A stretch of DNA of 46,015 bases, taken from positions 1 to 46,015 of the IMG/VR virus record IMGVR_UViG_3300037044_000012; one strand, 5' to 3'. The number at the start of each line of letters is the position of its first letter. Positions within the stretch are counted from its first letter, which is position 1. Shown here piece by piece: positions 7,458-17,203 of this stretch. This DNA is from a virus (Duplodnaviria > Caudoviricetes). The translations under genes were made by a program, and so were the position numbers. Below the pieces are notes generated by a model. That model was not told the DNA's origin. It saw nothing but the letters and a program-made list of their open reading frames with translations, and made no database searches.

Positions 7458-7756
7458 GCATGTGGGAAACGTTGGAGACGGGCGAGAACACGACGCTCGC
7501 GACGGAAGTGCCCGGCGTCGGCTGCATCGTCGCGGTCCCAGGTGTCGGCCTCACGTTCGTTCCGCACACGCGATTGCGCATGATGAACCAACCGAACAAC
7601 GGCGCAACGCACGTCATCACGCGCGACGATCGAAATCGCCCGCCGCTTACGCCGACTGGAAAAAGCGCGGCTGAAATTCGCGCGGCGCAGCCCAATGTTG
7701 TCGATCCGGGCGCTTTGAACTATCTTGTGCTCGACGAAGACGCAGCGGAATACTGA
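7454..7756 (+). CDS. hypothetical protein
   Basis: 100 aa, ATGA overlap. Confidence 0.65.
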   Translation: MSMWETLETGENTTLATEVPGVGCIVAVPGVGLTFVPHTRLRMMNQPNNGATHVITRDDRNRPPLTPTGKSAAEIRAAQPNVVDPGALNYLVLDEDAAEY

Positions 7757-7757
7757 C

Positions 7758-7961
7758 ATGACACACGAAGAACTCGACAAGGACATAGCGACCTGCAAGC
7801 GCAAAATCGCGCACTACGAAGAAATGCTCAGCGTGAAGCAGGAAGACATGCTCGTGGGCTCGGTCCAAGAGCTGCACAGCGGCGCGAAATCTTTTTTGAA
7901 AAAGTTTCAGCGCGACTTGGAAATTCTGACGTTGGCTAAGCGCGGGCTTGGAGTCATCTAA
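7758..7961 (+). CDS. hypothetical coiled-coil protein
   Basis: Start reassigned to ATG 7758; TAATG coupling to the next gene. Confidence 0.6.
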   Translation: MTHEELDKDIATCKRKIAHYEEMLSVKQEDMLVGSVQELHSGAKSFLKKFQRDLEILTLAKRGLGVI

Positions 7962-8320
7962 TGCCCGTCCCGGCTCTACTCGTAAATGAAATTTACGCCG
8001 CGAGTGGCAGCTACCTTCGCGACGCGTTTCGCCGCGTGCATGAGCGTTTGGGCGGCGACGATCGGTTGTTGCAGGAAGCGAACCGTTCGAGCGCCGCTTA
8101 CTGGGAATTTCAGAAGCTAAACGTGAAGCAGCAGCCGAAGGACGTGAACGTCACGCACGACAACAGCGCGGAAGCTCTGCTCGCGGCGCTCGAAGCACGT
8201 CAGCGCGGCGAAATCATCCAATATGTTGACGAGCAAAATTCCGCAGAAGATGCGACTTTCGTCGAGATTCCGAAGTCGTCGTTGTGGTCCGCAAAAGTGG
8301 TCGCACAGAGCGTCGTTTGA
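7961..8320 (+). CDS. putative terminase small subunit
   Basis: 119 aa helical protein upstream of TerL (AF...GG...L...A......YW pattern, PKDVNVTH). Called mainly from position. Confidence 0.5.
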   Translation: MPVPALLVNEIYAASGSYLRDAFRRVHERLGGDDRLLQEANRSSAAYWEFQKLNVKQQPKDVNVTHDNSAEALLAALEARQRGEIIQYVDEQNSAEDATFVEIPKSSLWSAKVVAQSVV

Positions 8321-8344
8321 CGAACTCGCCCGTTCGCGTATCCT
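8317..8344 (+). promoter_or_regulatory. putative promoter
   Basis: TTGACG, 16 bp, TATCCT; shares TTCGCGTATCCT with the 10451 element. Confidence 0.55.
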
Positions 8345-8447
8345 AGGAACGGGCTGGGTTGGACGCTGATCGTCCCCTCGCAGCTCGATCCGGCCAGGGC
8401 CACGCGCACAGCTCCCGCGCGGGGCCCACGGTCAGCGGGGATTTAGG

Positions 8448-8774
8448 ATGCTCAAGGGCCTTATCTGCTTTTTCGCCTACGCGCTCGTGATGATCGCGCT
8501 TGCTTGGCTGTGCATCGCAGGCCCTGCTGACGCGACGCCGCGCGAGGGACGCCCGCTACGCGGTCACTTGACGCTCTGTATCGTCGAAGCCGGTAGGCCG
8601 CTTCAATGCGGGCGCACAGAAACGCTCGCGCTGTTTGACACGCACGCAGAGTGCGTAAATTTTTTGAACACGGCGTTTGCGCGTTATCGCGACACTGTGC
8701 GCCTTCAGCGTCCGCTCGCTGTGTTGCGCGGCGAGTATAGTTGCCGTTTCGAAGACGGCGTGTTTGAGGCGTAA
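8448..8774 (+). CDS. secreted/membrane-anchored Cys-containing hypothetical protein
   Basis: N-terminal hydrophobic segment with ADA cleavage-like motif; four Cys in the mature part. Confidence 0.6.
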   Translation: MLKGLICFFAYALVMIALAWLCIAGPADATPREGRPLRGHLTLCIVEAGRPLQCGRTETLALFDTHAECVNFLNTAFARYRDTVRLQRPLAVLRGEYSCRFEDGVFEA

Positions 8775-10448
8775 ATGGCTGCCGTCGATCGAAAGCTGCT
8801 CGAAGCTTATGAGCAATGCCGAACGGACTTCCGCTTCTTCGGCGAGAACTGCCTAAAGATCAAAAACAAGCTCGGCAACCCGCAGTCGTTCACGTGGAAT
8901 AGCGCGCAAGAGCTGCTGCACGAGAGCATCGAAGAGCAGAAGCGCCGCACGGGCCGCGTACGCAAGATTATCGTGAAAGGCCGGCAACAAGGCGTATCGA
9001 CGTACGTCGGCGCGCGCTACTATCACAACACGACGATGAATCGCGGGCGCAATACGTTCATCCTCTCGCACAAAAAGGACACGACAGACGCGCTCGCGGC
9101 GATCGTCGACCGCTATCAGAAACACAACCCGTTCGCGCCGCAAAAGGGCAAGGACAACGTTCTCGAACTCGAATTTCCGCGTCTCGACGCAAGCTATTAT
9201 CTCGAAACGGCCGGCGCGCAATCATCGGGGCGCGGTAAGACATCGTTGAACTTCCACGGCTCGGAAGTCGCGTTCTGGAATAACGCTGGCGCGCACTTCT
9301 CAGGCTCTGTGCAAACCGTGCCCGACGATGACGGCACGGAAGTCTGCTTGGAGAGCACGGCGAACGGCGTGACCGGCGCGTTTTACGAGCGCACGCAAGA
9401 CGCAATTCAGCGACGCGGCGACTACGAGCTGTGCTTCATCCCGTGGTATCTGCAAAAAGAATATACGCGCCGCGTGCCCGAAGGCTTCGAACTTAGCGAC
9501 GCGCTCGAAGACGCGTACGCGTGCAACATCGGGCTCAGCGAACGCGAGTACATGGAAATGTTCGAGCTTACGCTTGGACAAATGGTTTGGCGTCGCAACA
9601 AAATTCACGAGCTGAAAGCCGAAGGCGGCTTGTCGCTGTTCGACCAAGAATATCCGGCGACAGTCGAGCTTGCGTTCCAACAAAAAGCCGAAGGCGCGTA
9701 CCACAAAGTTTCGGATATTCTGAAAGCGCGCAAGCGCACAGGCGTTCACGCGGCGGGGCCTCTCATTCTCGGCGTCGACCCCGCTGGCGAAGGCGGCGAC
9801 CGCTTTGCGATTGCGTTCCGTCGCGGTCACGTGTGCGAAAAAATAATCTGGCGCGATAAAGTCACGCACGACGAAGCCGTGGAGTGGCTTAAGTCCGTCA
9901 TCGACGAAGCGAACCCCGCCCTTGTGTTCATCGACGCGGGCGGTCTCGGTAAGGCGATCATCACGTCGCTGCGTGCGAAAGGCCCGGCGTACAATCTGCC
10001 GCGCGTTCACGCAGTAAACTTCGGCGGCAAGTCGCAAGCGAAACTTGCGCGTCCGCAAATGCCCGGCCCGAAGATGCGCCGCGATGAAATGCAGCAGCGC
10101 GTTGCGGAATGGCTCGCTGATCCGAACATGCCACCCAGCATTCCCGATCTTGACACGCTGCAAGCTGACTTGATCGAAATGAAGATCAAAAAAATCAACA
10201 CGAACGATTTGCAGCTCGAAAGTAAGCAGGAAATCAAGGCTCGCGGCGGGCGCTCGCCCGACTTGGCCGACGCGCTCGGGCTCACGTTCGCAGATTTGAT
10301 TTACGTGAAGAACTTCGCGCCGCCGAAACAGCAAACAAACTTCATGGAAGACGCGCCGAAAACCGCGCTAATTCAGCCTTCTCTGCAAGAAGTCATCGAC
10401 TACGGCGGCGACGATTGGGGCGGCGGTTCGGGCTCGTGGATGGGCTGA
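8775..10448 (+). CDS. terL: terminase large subunit
   Basis: Walker A KGRQQGVST, FHGSEVAFW, ESTANG, nuclease GVDPA, IDAGGLG and SPDLADAL. Confidence 0.95.
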   Translation: MAAVDRKLLEAYEQCRTDFRFFGENCLKIKNKLGNPQSFTWNSAQELLHESIEEQKRRTGRVRKIIVKGRQQGVSTYVGARYYHNTTMNRGRNTFILSHKKDTTDALAAIVDRYQKHNPFAPQKGKDNVLELEFPRLDASYYLETAGAQSSGRGKTSLNFHGSEVAFWNNAGAHFSGSVQTVPDDDGTEVCLESTANGVTGAFYERTQDAIQRRGDYELCFIPWYLQKEYTRRVPEGFELSDALEDAYACNIGLSEREYMEMFELTLGQMVWRRNKIHELKAEGGLSLFDQEYPATVELAFQQKAEGAYHKVSDILKARKRTGVHAAGPLILGVDPAGEGGDRFAIAFRRGHVCEKIIWRDKVTHDEAVEWLKSVIDEANPALVFIDAGGLGKAIITSLRAKGPAYNLPRVHAVNFGGKSQAKLARPQMPGPKMRRDEMQQRVAEWLADPNMPPSIPDLDTLQADLIEMKIKKINTNDLQLESKQEIKARGGRSPDLADALGLTFADLIYVKNFAPPKQQTNFMEDAPKTALIQPSLQEVIDYGGDDWGGGSGSWMG

Positions 10449-10450
10449 TG

Positions 10451-10478
10451 TTGCGCGAAGTCTAATTTCGCGTATCCT
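10451..10478 (+). promoter_or_regulatory. putative promoter
   Basis: TTGCGC, 16 bp, TATCCT. Confidence 0.45.
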
Positions 10479-10540
10479 TAGGCACGTGCTTGGGCGCGGT
10501 GCCCATCTGCCAAAAACATCAACAGATAGGAAAACCCCCA

Positions 10541-11158
10541 ATGGTTGACGTACGCAATGCAACTGACACGAAGTCGCCGCGCGGCTTCCCAAACTACGGT
10601 CTCAATCCGACGCAGCCGTTTCCGACTCCTGCGCAATACGACGCACTGAGCGGCGGCGGCACCGCGCCGGGCTCTGTGCCTTCAGCTTCGACGACTGCCG
10701 GCGTAGGCACGCCGCAAGCGGGCGCTGCTGCATTCATTCGCACGGTACGCGTTCCGATCACGAACGTTGTGCTCGACCTTGGCGCGGCCGACTTCGCAGG
10801 CATCCAGCTTCTCGAACTTGCTCGCCCGGTCATGTGGCTCGGCGGCAATTTCGACATCGACATCGCTGCCGCTGGCGGCTCGGCGATGGACAGCGCAGTT
10901 GTCGAACTCGGCGTCGGCACGGTTGTCGCATCGGCTGATCCGATCGCGACCACGGCGCAGAACATCGTCACGCTCGACAGCACGACGCTCGCGTCGAAGC
11001 TCGGCACTTCGGTCCAAGCAACCGCCGTCACTCCGCTTGTTGCGGCCGTGGCTGGCGACGTGTTCTTGAACCTGTCTGCGACGGAAGCCACGACCGGCTA
11101 CACCGTCACGCTCAACGGCTTCGTTGAGCTGTTCTACATCGACTTCGCTGCGGCTTAA
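10541..11158 (+). CDS. putative virion (decoration-like) beta-rich protein
   Basis: Start reassigned to ATG 10541 (AGGA RBS); A/T/G/V-rich composition typical of structural proteins. Confidence 0.55.
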   Translation: MVDVRNATDTKSPRGFPNYGLNPTQPFPTPAQYDALSGGGTAPGSVPSASTTAGVGTPQAGAAAFIRTVRVPITNVVLDLGAADFAGIQLLELARPVMWLGGNFDIDIAAAGGSAMDSAVVELGVGTVVASADPIATTAQNIVTLDSTTLASKLGTSVQATAVTPLVAAVAGDVFLNLSATEATTGYTVTLNGFVELFYIDFAAA

Positions 11159-11170
11159 GCCGCAGCGAGG
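11143..11170 (+). terminator. hairpin centred on a stop codon just upstream of the portal RBS
   Basis: CTTCGCTGCGGC-ttaa-GCCGCAGCGAGG; no strong U tract. Confidence 0.45.
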
Positions 11171-11185
11171 GCGGGGATTTGATAA

Positions 11186-13444
11186 GTGGCTGACGAACGA
11201 ATCAAAAACCAGCGCGACATCGCTGCGGCTTATCCCGGCACTTCGCCGGGAGCTGGCCCGACTGGCGATGTCGCGCCGCGCTCTCAAGGCGCGAAGACGC
11301 GTCGGCACAAAGAAGTCGCGCCGCCCGACGACTTCGAAACGAAAGAAGACTTTCTCGCGCACGTCCGCAAACTGTACTCGGACGATCGCGACGCGGACCA
11401 AGAGAACCGCGACGCTGCTATCGAAGACGCGGAGTTCTTCGCTGGCAAGCAATGGGACGACAAAATCAAAGCGCGCCGTGAAGGCAAGCGCAAGCCGGTC
11501 CTGACGGTCAACCGCACGATTGCATTCGTGGGCCAAATCGTCGGCACGCGGCGCATGAACGAAACCGTTATCAAAATTCTGCCGGAATACGGCGGCAAGC
11601 AAGCAATCGCCGAGAAGCGTGGCGGCTTGATCCGTCACTGCGAAAAGAAGTCGAAGGCCGACCGTGCGCGCGACACTGCGCTGCAAAACTGCGTCATCGG
11701 CGGACTTGGCAACTACGGCATTGCGCTCGACTACGCGCGCTTCGACGTGTTCGACCAAGACATCAATTGGCGCGAGTATCCCGATGCGTACAGCGTCACA
11801 TGGGACCGCTTGAGCGTCGATAAGACAGGCCGCGACGCGAACCACGTGTTCATCGAAGACACGATGTCGCGCACGGCCTACGAAGACAAATACCCCGGCG
11901 TTGAGCCTTCCGAGTTCACTGACGATCAGGCGGATCTTTCGGGCTGGTTTACGTCGGACGATGTTCGCGTCGTCCAATTCTGGCGTATGCGTTACCGTGA
12001 CTGTGAGCTGGCGCTGCTTCAAGACGGCACCGTGCATGACATTACCGACTGGCCGGAAAACGACCAACGTCGCTTGCAGATCGCGATAAAGCCGAACGGC
12101 GAGTTGTTCACGCGGCAGACGGTGCGGCCGTTCGCAGAGTGTTACGTCGTCAGCGGCACAGACATTCTCGACGGGCCGTATCAGCTCGACATCAGCCGCG
12201 TTCCTGTATTCCGCGTGCCGGCGTGGGAAATCACGATCAACGGCAAGCGTTATCGCTTCGGCCTTCTGCGCTTCCTGAAAGACCCGCAGCGTCTGCATAA
12301 CTACTGGCGTTCGACGATCGCTGAAAAGCTGATGATGACGCCGCGTGCGCGCTGGGTAGCGTCTGACGCGGCCGTGGCGGGCCGCGAGGCGCAGTGGCGT
12401 AACGCGCACTTGAGCGACGATCCGCTGTTGATCTACAACGGCGAGAGCGGCCAAGCGCCAGAGTACACGCAGCCGGCGCAGCTCGAAGTTGCTCTTATCC
12501 AAGAGAGCAACATGAGCGTGCAAGACTTGCGCGACGTGTCGAACCTGCATGAAGCGTCGCTCGGCCAGCAGTCGAACGAAGTGAGCGGCAAAGCGATCGT
12601 CGCGCGCCAGCGCGTCGGCGACATCGGCACGATTGTCTATCACGACAACCTAAACGCGGCGATCGAAGAAGATGGCAGCGTCGCAAACGAAATGATCGAC
12701 ATTGCGTACGATGCGCCGCGTACGATCATCGTGCTCGGCGACGACGGCAAGCCGCAAGAGCAGCGTATCAACGATCCAGGCGACGAAGCCTCTATCAACA
12801 TAAACGAAGGGCGCTACGGCGTCACAGTGACCACTGGGCCGTCGACTGCGACGAAGCGCGTCGAAGCGCAAGAAGCCATGTTGAGCGTGTTCAACGCCGC
12901 GCCGCAAGTGTTCGCGCAAGCTGCGGACTTGTGGGCCGAAGAACTCGACTTCCCCGGCGCGCACAAGCTCGCGAAGCGTCTCCGCGCGCTGTTGCCGTCG
13001 CACCTTGTCGACCGCAGCTCGCTTGATACCGAAGAACAAGCTGCCTTCGACAAAAAGGCCGAAGGCGAAGCACAGAGCGCGCAAATTCAACAACAAGTCG
13101 AGACAGCGCAGTTACAGGCGCAGCTCGCGGAAATTCAAGCGAAGACCGAGAAGGCCAAGGCCGAAGCGGCTAAGGCCGTCGCCGACGCGCGTTACGCGGA
13201 AGCCCGTGCCGACAGCGAAGAGACGCGCCGCGAGCTTATGCAAGCGCAGGCAGAAGCGGCGCGCGCCAACGGCTTCAAGAACATCAGCGACGCTCTGCTC
13301 AACGGCAACGCGCCGGAAGCGGACGCACAGCTCGAAAACCAAGCGAACGACGAAGAAGCTACACACGGCGAAATCAGTTCGCTACTTCACGACGATCAAA
13401 CGCTCGCGCCCATCGTCGAACAAGAAGAAACGGGCGGCGAGTAA
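11186..13444 (+). CDS. P22-like portal protein
   Basis: FFAGKQW, PVLTVN, GLLRFLKDPQRLHNYW, SNEVSGKAIVARQ and YGVTVTTGPS; long coiled-coil C-terminus. Confidence 0.93.
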   Translation: MADERIKNQRDIAAAYPGTSPGAGPTGDVAPRSQGAKTRRHKEVAPPDDFETKEDFLAHVRKLYSDDRDADQENRDAAIEDAEFFAGKQWDDKIKARREGKRKPVLTVNRTIAFVGQIVGTRRMNETVIKILPEYGGKQAIAEKRGGLIRHCEKKSKADRARDTALQNCVIGGLGNYGIALDYARFDVFDQDINWREYPDAYSVTWDRLSVDKTGRDANHVFIEDTMSRTAYEDKYPGVEPSEFTDDQADLSGWFTSDDVRVVQFWRMRYRDCELALLQDGTVHDITDWPENDQRRLQIAIKPNGELFTRQTVRPFAECYVVSGTDILDGPYQLDISRVPVFRVPAWEITINGKRYRFGLLRFLKDPQRLHNYWRSTIAEKLMMTPRARWVASDAAVAGREAQWRNAHLSDDPLLIYNGESGQAPEYTQPAQLEVALIQESNMSVQDLRDVSNLHEASLGQQSNEVSGKAIVARQRVGDIGTIVYHDNLNAAIEEDGSVANEMIDIAYDAPRTIIVLGDDGKPQEQRINDPGDEASININEGRYGVTVTTGPSTATKRVEAQEAMLSVFNAAPQVFAQAADLWAEELDFPGAHKLAKRLRALLPSHLVDRSSLDTEEQAAFDKKAEGEAQSAQIQQQVETAQLQAQLAEIQAKTEKAKAEAAKAVADARYAEARADSEETRRELMQAQAEAARANGFKNISDALLNGNAPEADAQLENQANDEEATHGEISSLLHDDQTLAPIVEQEETGGE

Positions 13445-13468
13445 TTTTAGCAGCGGGGAATAGGTAAC

Positions 13469-14554
13469 ATGGCTGAAGAATTTGAAGAAGGTCTGAAAGA
13501 CCTTATGTCCGAACAATTCAAGGACAACGAAGTTATGCCGCTTCGTGACGAGAAGACCGGCAAGTTTGTCAACAGCGGCGACGCGGAAGAGCCCGCCGAC
13601 GAAGAAGTCAACGAGAACGAGCCGGGCGAAGAAGTCAACGAAAACGAGCCCGACTCCGAAGAAGCTGGCGAAGGCGAAGAGGGCGACGAAGAAGAAAACG
13701 AAGAGGGCGAAGAAGAACAGCCCGACGAAGGCAAGGGCAAAGGCAAAGGCCGCTTTCAAAAGCGCGTCGACACGCTAACCGCCACCGTGCGCCGCCTTGA
13801 GCGCGACCTGCAAGCCGAACGTGAAGCGAAGGCCGTTGCCGCAGAGCGCGAGAAGAACACGCCGAAGCGAGCTGACGGTACGCCGTACACCGACGCGGCT
13901 GACTACGCGCGCGACAAGCTGAAAACCGACGACAAAGCGCCGAAGAAACCGAACCCCGCCGCGAAGGGCGCGGACGGCAAACCGCTATATAAACTCGGCG
14001 AATTTGACGAACAGTACGCCGAAGACAAAGACGACTATTTGGACGCGCGCCGCCGCTATCTTGACGCGAAAGAAAAAGAATACGATACTGCGGTCACTGC
14101 CCCGGCCGTGGACGCCGCCGCTGTTCAACAGCAAGAGTTCCAAACCAAGATCAACTCCAAAATCGAAGACGGCAAAAAAGCCTACAAAGACTTCGACGAA
14201 AAAGTTGTGAAGGGTATCGAGCAAGATGCTTGGCCGCTTTCCGAAGCTGGCGCTTTGTTTCTCGCCGACAGCGACGTAGGCGCTGACATTGCCTACTACT
14301 TGGCGTCCAACGTGAAGGAAGCCAAGGAAATCGCGGACCTGAGCCCAGTGCAACAGGTCAAGCGCTTCACGAAACTCGAAGAAAAGCTCACAGCCGAAGT
14401 TGCTGCGAAGAAAGCCAAGCGCGGATCAAAAGCGCCTGAGCCTCTTGCGCACAAAGCACGCGGCGGCGGTCGAGCTGAAACTAATCGCTTCGACGGCGAA
14501 GACTTCGAGAGCGTCGAAAAGAATTGGAACGCGGCCAACAAGGCCAAGAAATAG
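13469..14554 (+). CDS. scaffolding protein
   Basis: Acidic N-terminus, RFQKRVDTLT, GADIAYYLASN; lies between portal and coat; contains a tandem EEVNENEP repeat (~13601-13654). Confidence 0.85.
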   Translation: MAEEFEEGLKDLMSEQFKDNEVMPLRDEKTGKFVNSGDAEEPADEEVNENEPGEEVNENEPDSEEAGEGEEGDEEENEEGEEEQPDEGKGKGKGRFQKRVDTLTATVRRLERDLQAEREAKAVAAEREKNTPKRADGTPYTDAADYARDKLKTDDKAPKKPNPAAKGADGKPLYKLGEFDEQYAEDKDDYLDARRRYLDAKEKEYDTAVTAPAVDAAAVQQQEFQTKINSKIEDGKKAYKDFDEKVVKGIEQDAWPLSEAGALFLADSDVGADIAYYLASNVKEAKEIADLSPVQQVKRFTKLEEKLTAEVAAKKAKRGSKAPEPLAHKARGGGRAETNRFDGEDFESVEKNWNAANKAKK

Positions 14555-14589
14555 CGCCCTGATAGTCGGCGGCGCGTGAAGAGGATAAA

Positions 14590-15864
14590 ATGGCGAACGG
14601 TTTTCTTAATGCCCAAACCTACAGCAACGCGCTGATGCTGTTGGTAAAGAACAGCCTCGTGTGGGGCCGTTTGGTCAACGGGCAGTTCAAAAACGAAGTC
14701 ACGGACGAAAACGGTCTGACGACTTCGGTCAAAGCGCCGCCGCACTTCATTGCGCAAGACGGCCCGACTCTGCAAGCGCAGCGCTTGCTGATCGGTTCGC
14801 GCACCGTGCAAGTCGACCAGTACAAGAACGTTCACTGCACGATCGGCGACCTTGAGTACGTCCAGTCGTTCGGCGACCTGATGAAGAACTCGGCGATGCA
14901 ATCCGCCGCGTCTGCATTGGCTCACGCGATCGACGCGCATATCGCGGGCAAGGCTCTTGAGTTCCCGTCCGCCGTGTACACGAACTACGGCGCGGGCATC
15001 AAAACGACCGCCGACGTGAACAAGGCTCACACGCAGCTCATGGTACAAGGCGTGCCGAACGAGCAGTTGAAGGGCGTCTTGACCTTCGGCGATAGCGAGC
15101 GCATCGCGAACCAACTTGTCGCCTATGCAAACGATGGCATCAACGCGCGCTCTGCGCTCGAAGAAGCTCGTGTGCAAACTCCGATGCGGAACATTGCGTT
15201 CTACGCGACGCAACAAGTCCCGTACTGGGCCAACGGCGATCACACGATGTCTGCCGGCCCGCAAGTCAAGGGCGCGGCGCAGAACGTGAACTACAAGGAC
15301 GTGAAGACGGCGATGACGCAATCGCTCGTGCTCGACGGCCTTGGCAACTCGAAGACCGTCGTCAAGGGTGAGCAGTTCACGATCAGCGGTGTCAAAGAGT
15401 ACGACTGGCGTCAGCAAAAGACGCTGCCGAACGGCCAAATCTTCACCGTCATCGTTGGCGGCACGACTGACGCGGCGAACGGCTCGATTACGGTCACGGT
15501 TGCTCCGGCGATCATCGTACCGGGCACGACGGACGGCACTGACACCATTGCTAACTCTGCGTTCGCGACCGTCAGCGCAGTTCCGGCTGACGACGCGGCT
15601 GTGACGTTCCTCGGCGCGGCTTCGACTTCGTATGACGCGCGTGTCGCGTTCCACAAGTCGGCAATCGCGCTCGTGTCGGCGAAGCTGCAACGTCCGTTCA
15701 CGGGCGAATGCTCCTTCACGACCGACAAGGAAACGGGCATCACGATCCGCTACTGGCGCGGTTCGGACATCACGACCGGCGTACACGCCCACCGTTGGGA
15801 TTGTATCTTCGGCGCGGTGAACGTTGACCGCCGTCTCGGCGTCCGTATCTTCGGCACGACCTAA
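14590..15864 (+). CDS. P22-like major capsid (coat) protein
   Basis: MANGFL start, GEQFTISGV insertion domain, AFHKSAIALVSA and RWDCIFG; strong GAGGA RBS; followed by a terminator. Confidence 0.92.
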   Translation: MANGFLNAQTYSNALMLLVKNSLVWGRLVNGQFKNEVTDENGLTTSVKAPPHFIAQDGPTLQAQRLLIGSRTVQVDQYKNVHCTIGDLEYVQSFGDLMKNSAMQSAASALAHAIDAHIAGKALEFPSAVYTNYGAGIKTTADVNKAHTQLMVQGVPNEQLKGVLTFGDSERIANQLVAYANDGINARSALEEARVQTPMRNIAFYATQQVPYWANGDHTMSAGPQVKGAAQNVNYKDVKTAMTQSLVLDGLGNSKTVVKGEQFTISGVKEYDWRQQKTLPNGQIFTVIVGGTTDAANGSITVTVAPAIIVPGTTDGTDTIANSAFATVSAVPADDAAVTFLGAASTSYDARVAFHKSAIALVSAKLQRPFTGECSFTTDKETGITIRYWRGSDITTGVHAHRWDCIFGAVNVDRRLGVRIFGTT

Positions 15865-15892
15865 TAAGTCGTCGCAGTTGAACTAGGCTACA

Positions 15893-15925
15893 GCGGCCCG
15901 CCCCTTCGCACCGGGCGGGCCGTTT
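15893..15925 (+). terminator. rho-independent terminator after the coat gene
   Basis: CGGCCCGCCC-cttcgcacc-GGGCGGGCCG-TTT. Confidence 0.75.
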
Positions 15926-15952
15926 GCGTAACAGGTGCGAGTAAGGTATTCT
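15924..15952 (+). promoter_or_regulatory. putative promoter restarting transcription for tail genes
   Basis: TTGCGT, 17 bp, TATTCT immediately after the terminator. Confidence 0.45.
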
Positions 15953-15985
15953 CAAATGGCTAAGGCTAAATCCCAGGGGGACATC

Positions 15986-16444
15986 ATGGAAAACAAGGAC
16001 GATCCGCAAATCGACGTGTCGAAGGGCGTGAAAGCGGCTGCAAATGAGTTTGCGCCGAATCTCGTGAACGACGGCGGCGAAGGTGGCGCGCGCGAAGTTG
16101 CGCCGGCTCCGACACCGGAGGCGTCACTTGCGCCGCCCGAAGAACAGGCTGCGCCGGAAGATCAGCTCACGGACGAAGAACGCGCCGCAGCCGCGCAGAA
16201 GTCACATGCGCGCGAGTTCGTGACGTACGTTGTCGGCGAACTGAGCGACGTTGCCGAACAGTTCGGCTACGAACGCATCGTGCTCAAGCCGAAAATCACT
16301 GCCGCCGTGCGCGGCCCGGTTATGATGTACCATCGCGTCACTGAGCAGGGCAAAGTGTTCAACTCGCCTGCGGAAGCCGGCGACGATTACATCAGCGGCG
16401 ACGAACTTCGCGTTCGCCAAAACAGCGCCCGCGCTGCGGAGTAA
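15986..16444 (+). CDS. hypothetical protein (head-associated position)
   Basis: Start reassigned to ATG 15986 (AGGGGG RBS). Confidence 0.65.
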   Translation: MENKDDPQIDVSKGVKAAANEFAPNLVNDGGEGGAREVAPAPTPEASLAPPEEQAAPEDQLTDEERAAAAQKSHAREFVTYVVGELSDVAEQFGYERIVLKPKITAAVRGPVMMYHRVTEQGKVFNSPAEAGDDYISGDELRVRQNSARAAE

Positions 16445-16450
16445 TTCGAC

Positions 16451-17200
16451 ATGCTCGCTTCCGAGTGCATCAGTGCCGCGTTTCGCGAGGCGGACGTAAC
16501 GACTATTGGAACAACGCCGACCGATGCCGAACTCGCGGAGGGCCTTGCGCTGCTCAACGGGTTTGTCACTCGGCTGTTCGGAACCGAGTTCGGCGAGAAC
16601 ATGCAGGACTGGCCGCTTCCGCCTCAAGCGGGCCAGTTTCCTAACGCGCCCGGCGTTCCAGACAATCTCGTGCAGCCCATTATGGGCGATACTTGGTATC
16701 TTGCGCCGCGCGTGAACTCGCGCCTGCTGCTGAAAACCACGTCGGGCGTTACGATCAAATTTCCCGAAGCTCCGTTCGACGGTTCGCAAATCGCGATCGT
16801 CGACGTTGGCTCGAACTCGACCGAAATTACGTTGAGCGGCAACGGTCGCTTGATCGACGGTCAACAAACTCTTGTCGACACGCCGCAAGCGTTCAGCGGC
16901 AAGCGCTACTTCTATCGCAGCGACATCGCGTCGTGGCAGGAAGTGGAAGCGCTAGCGCTCGACGATCCGCTGCCGCTCGTGGCCGACTTCGACGACTTGT
17001 TCATCACGTATCTTGCGATCCGCCTCGCGCCGCGCAATGCGCAGTCGACGACGGACGAAACGGCGAAGGTCTATCAGGACTTGCTGAAGAAGGCGCGCAC
17101 GCGCTATCGCCAAGAACAAGCGACGGCGGTTACGCCCGACAGCAACATTTCGCAGTCCATTCAAAGCTACGGCCCTACGGGCTCAGACTGGTTCGGCTAA
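16451..17200 (+). CDS. head-tail adaptor, P22 gp4-like
   Basis: I..AFRE..V...G..PT..E...GL..LN N-terminus and YLAIRLAP near the C-terminus; synteny. Confidence 0.75.
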   Translation: MLASECISAAFREADVTTIGTTPTDAELAEGLALLNGFVTRLFGTEFGENMQDWPLPPQAGQFPNAPGVPDNLVQPIMGDTWYLAPRVNSRLLLKTTSGVTIKFPEAPFDGSQIAIVDVGSNSTEITLSGNGRLIDGQQTLVDTPQAFSGKRYFYRSDIASWQEVEALALDDPLPLVADFDDLFITYLAIRLAPRNAQSTTDETAKVYQDLLKKARTRYRQEQATAVTPDSNISQSIQSYGPTGSDWFG

Positions 17201-17203
17201 GTC

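Noticed and set aside
10682-12643. 653-aa antisense ORF
   Set aside because: Shadow frame of the portal and upstream gene caused by GC-rich codon bias; no motifs.
14296-15792. 498-aa antisense ORF (similar ones at 9300-10334, 17183-18358, 25705-26772, 33013-33993, 40796-41719)
   Set aside because: Antisense shadows of well-supported genes.
15850-15870. Capsid read-through or frameshift extension
   Set aside because: Double stop TAATAA, no slippery sequence, and a terminator follows.
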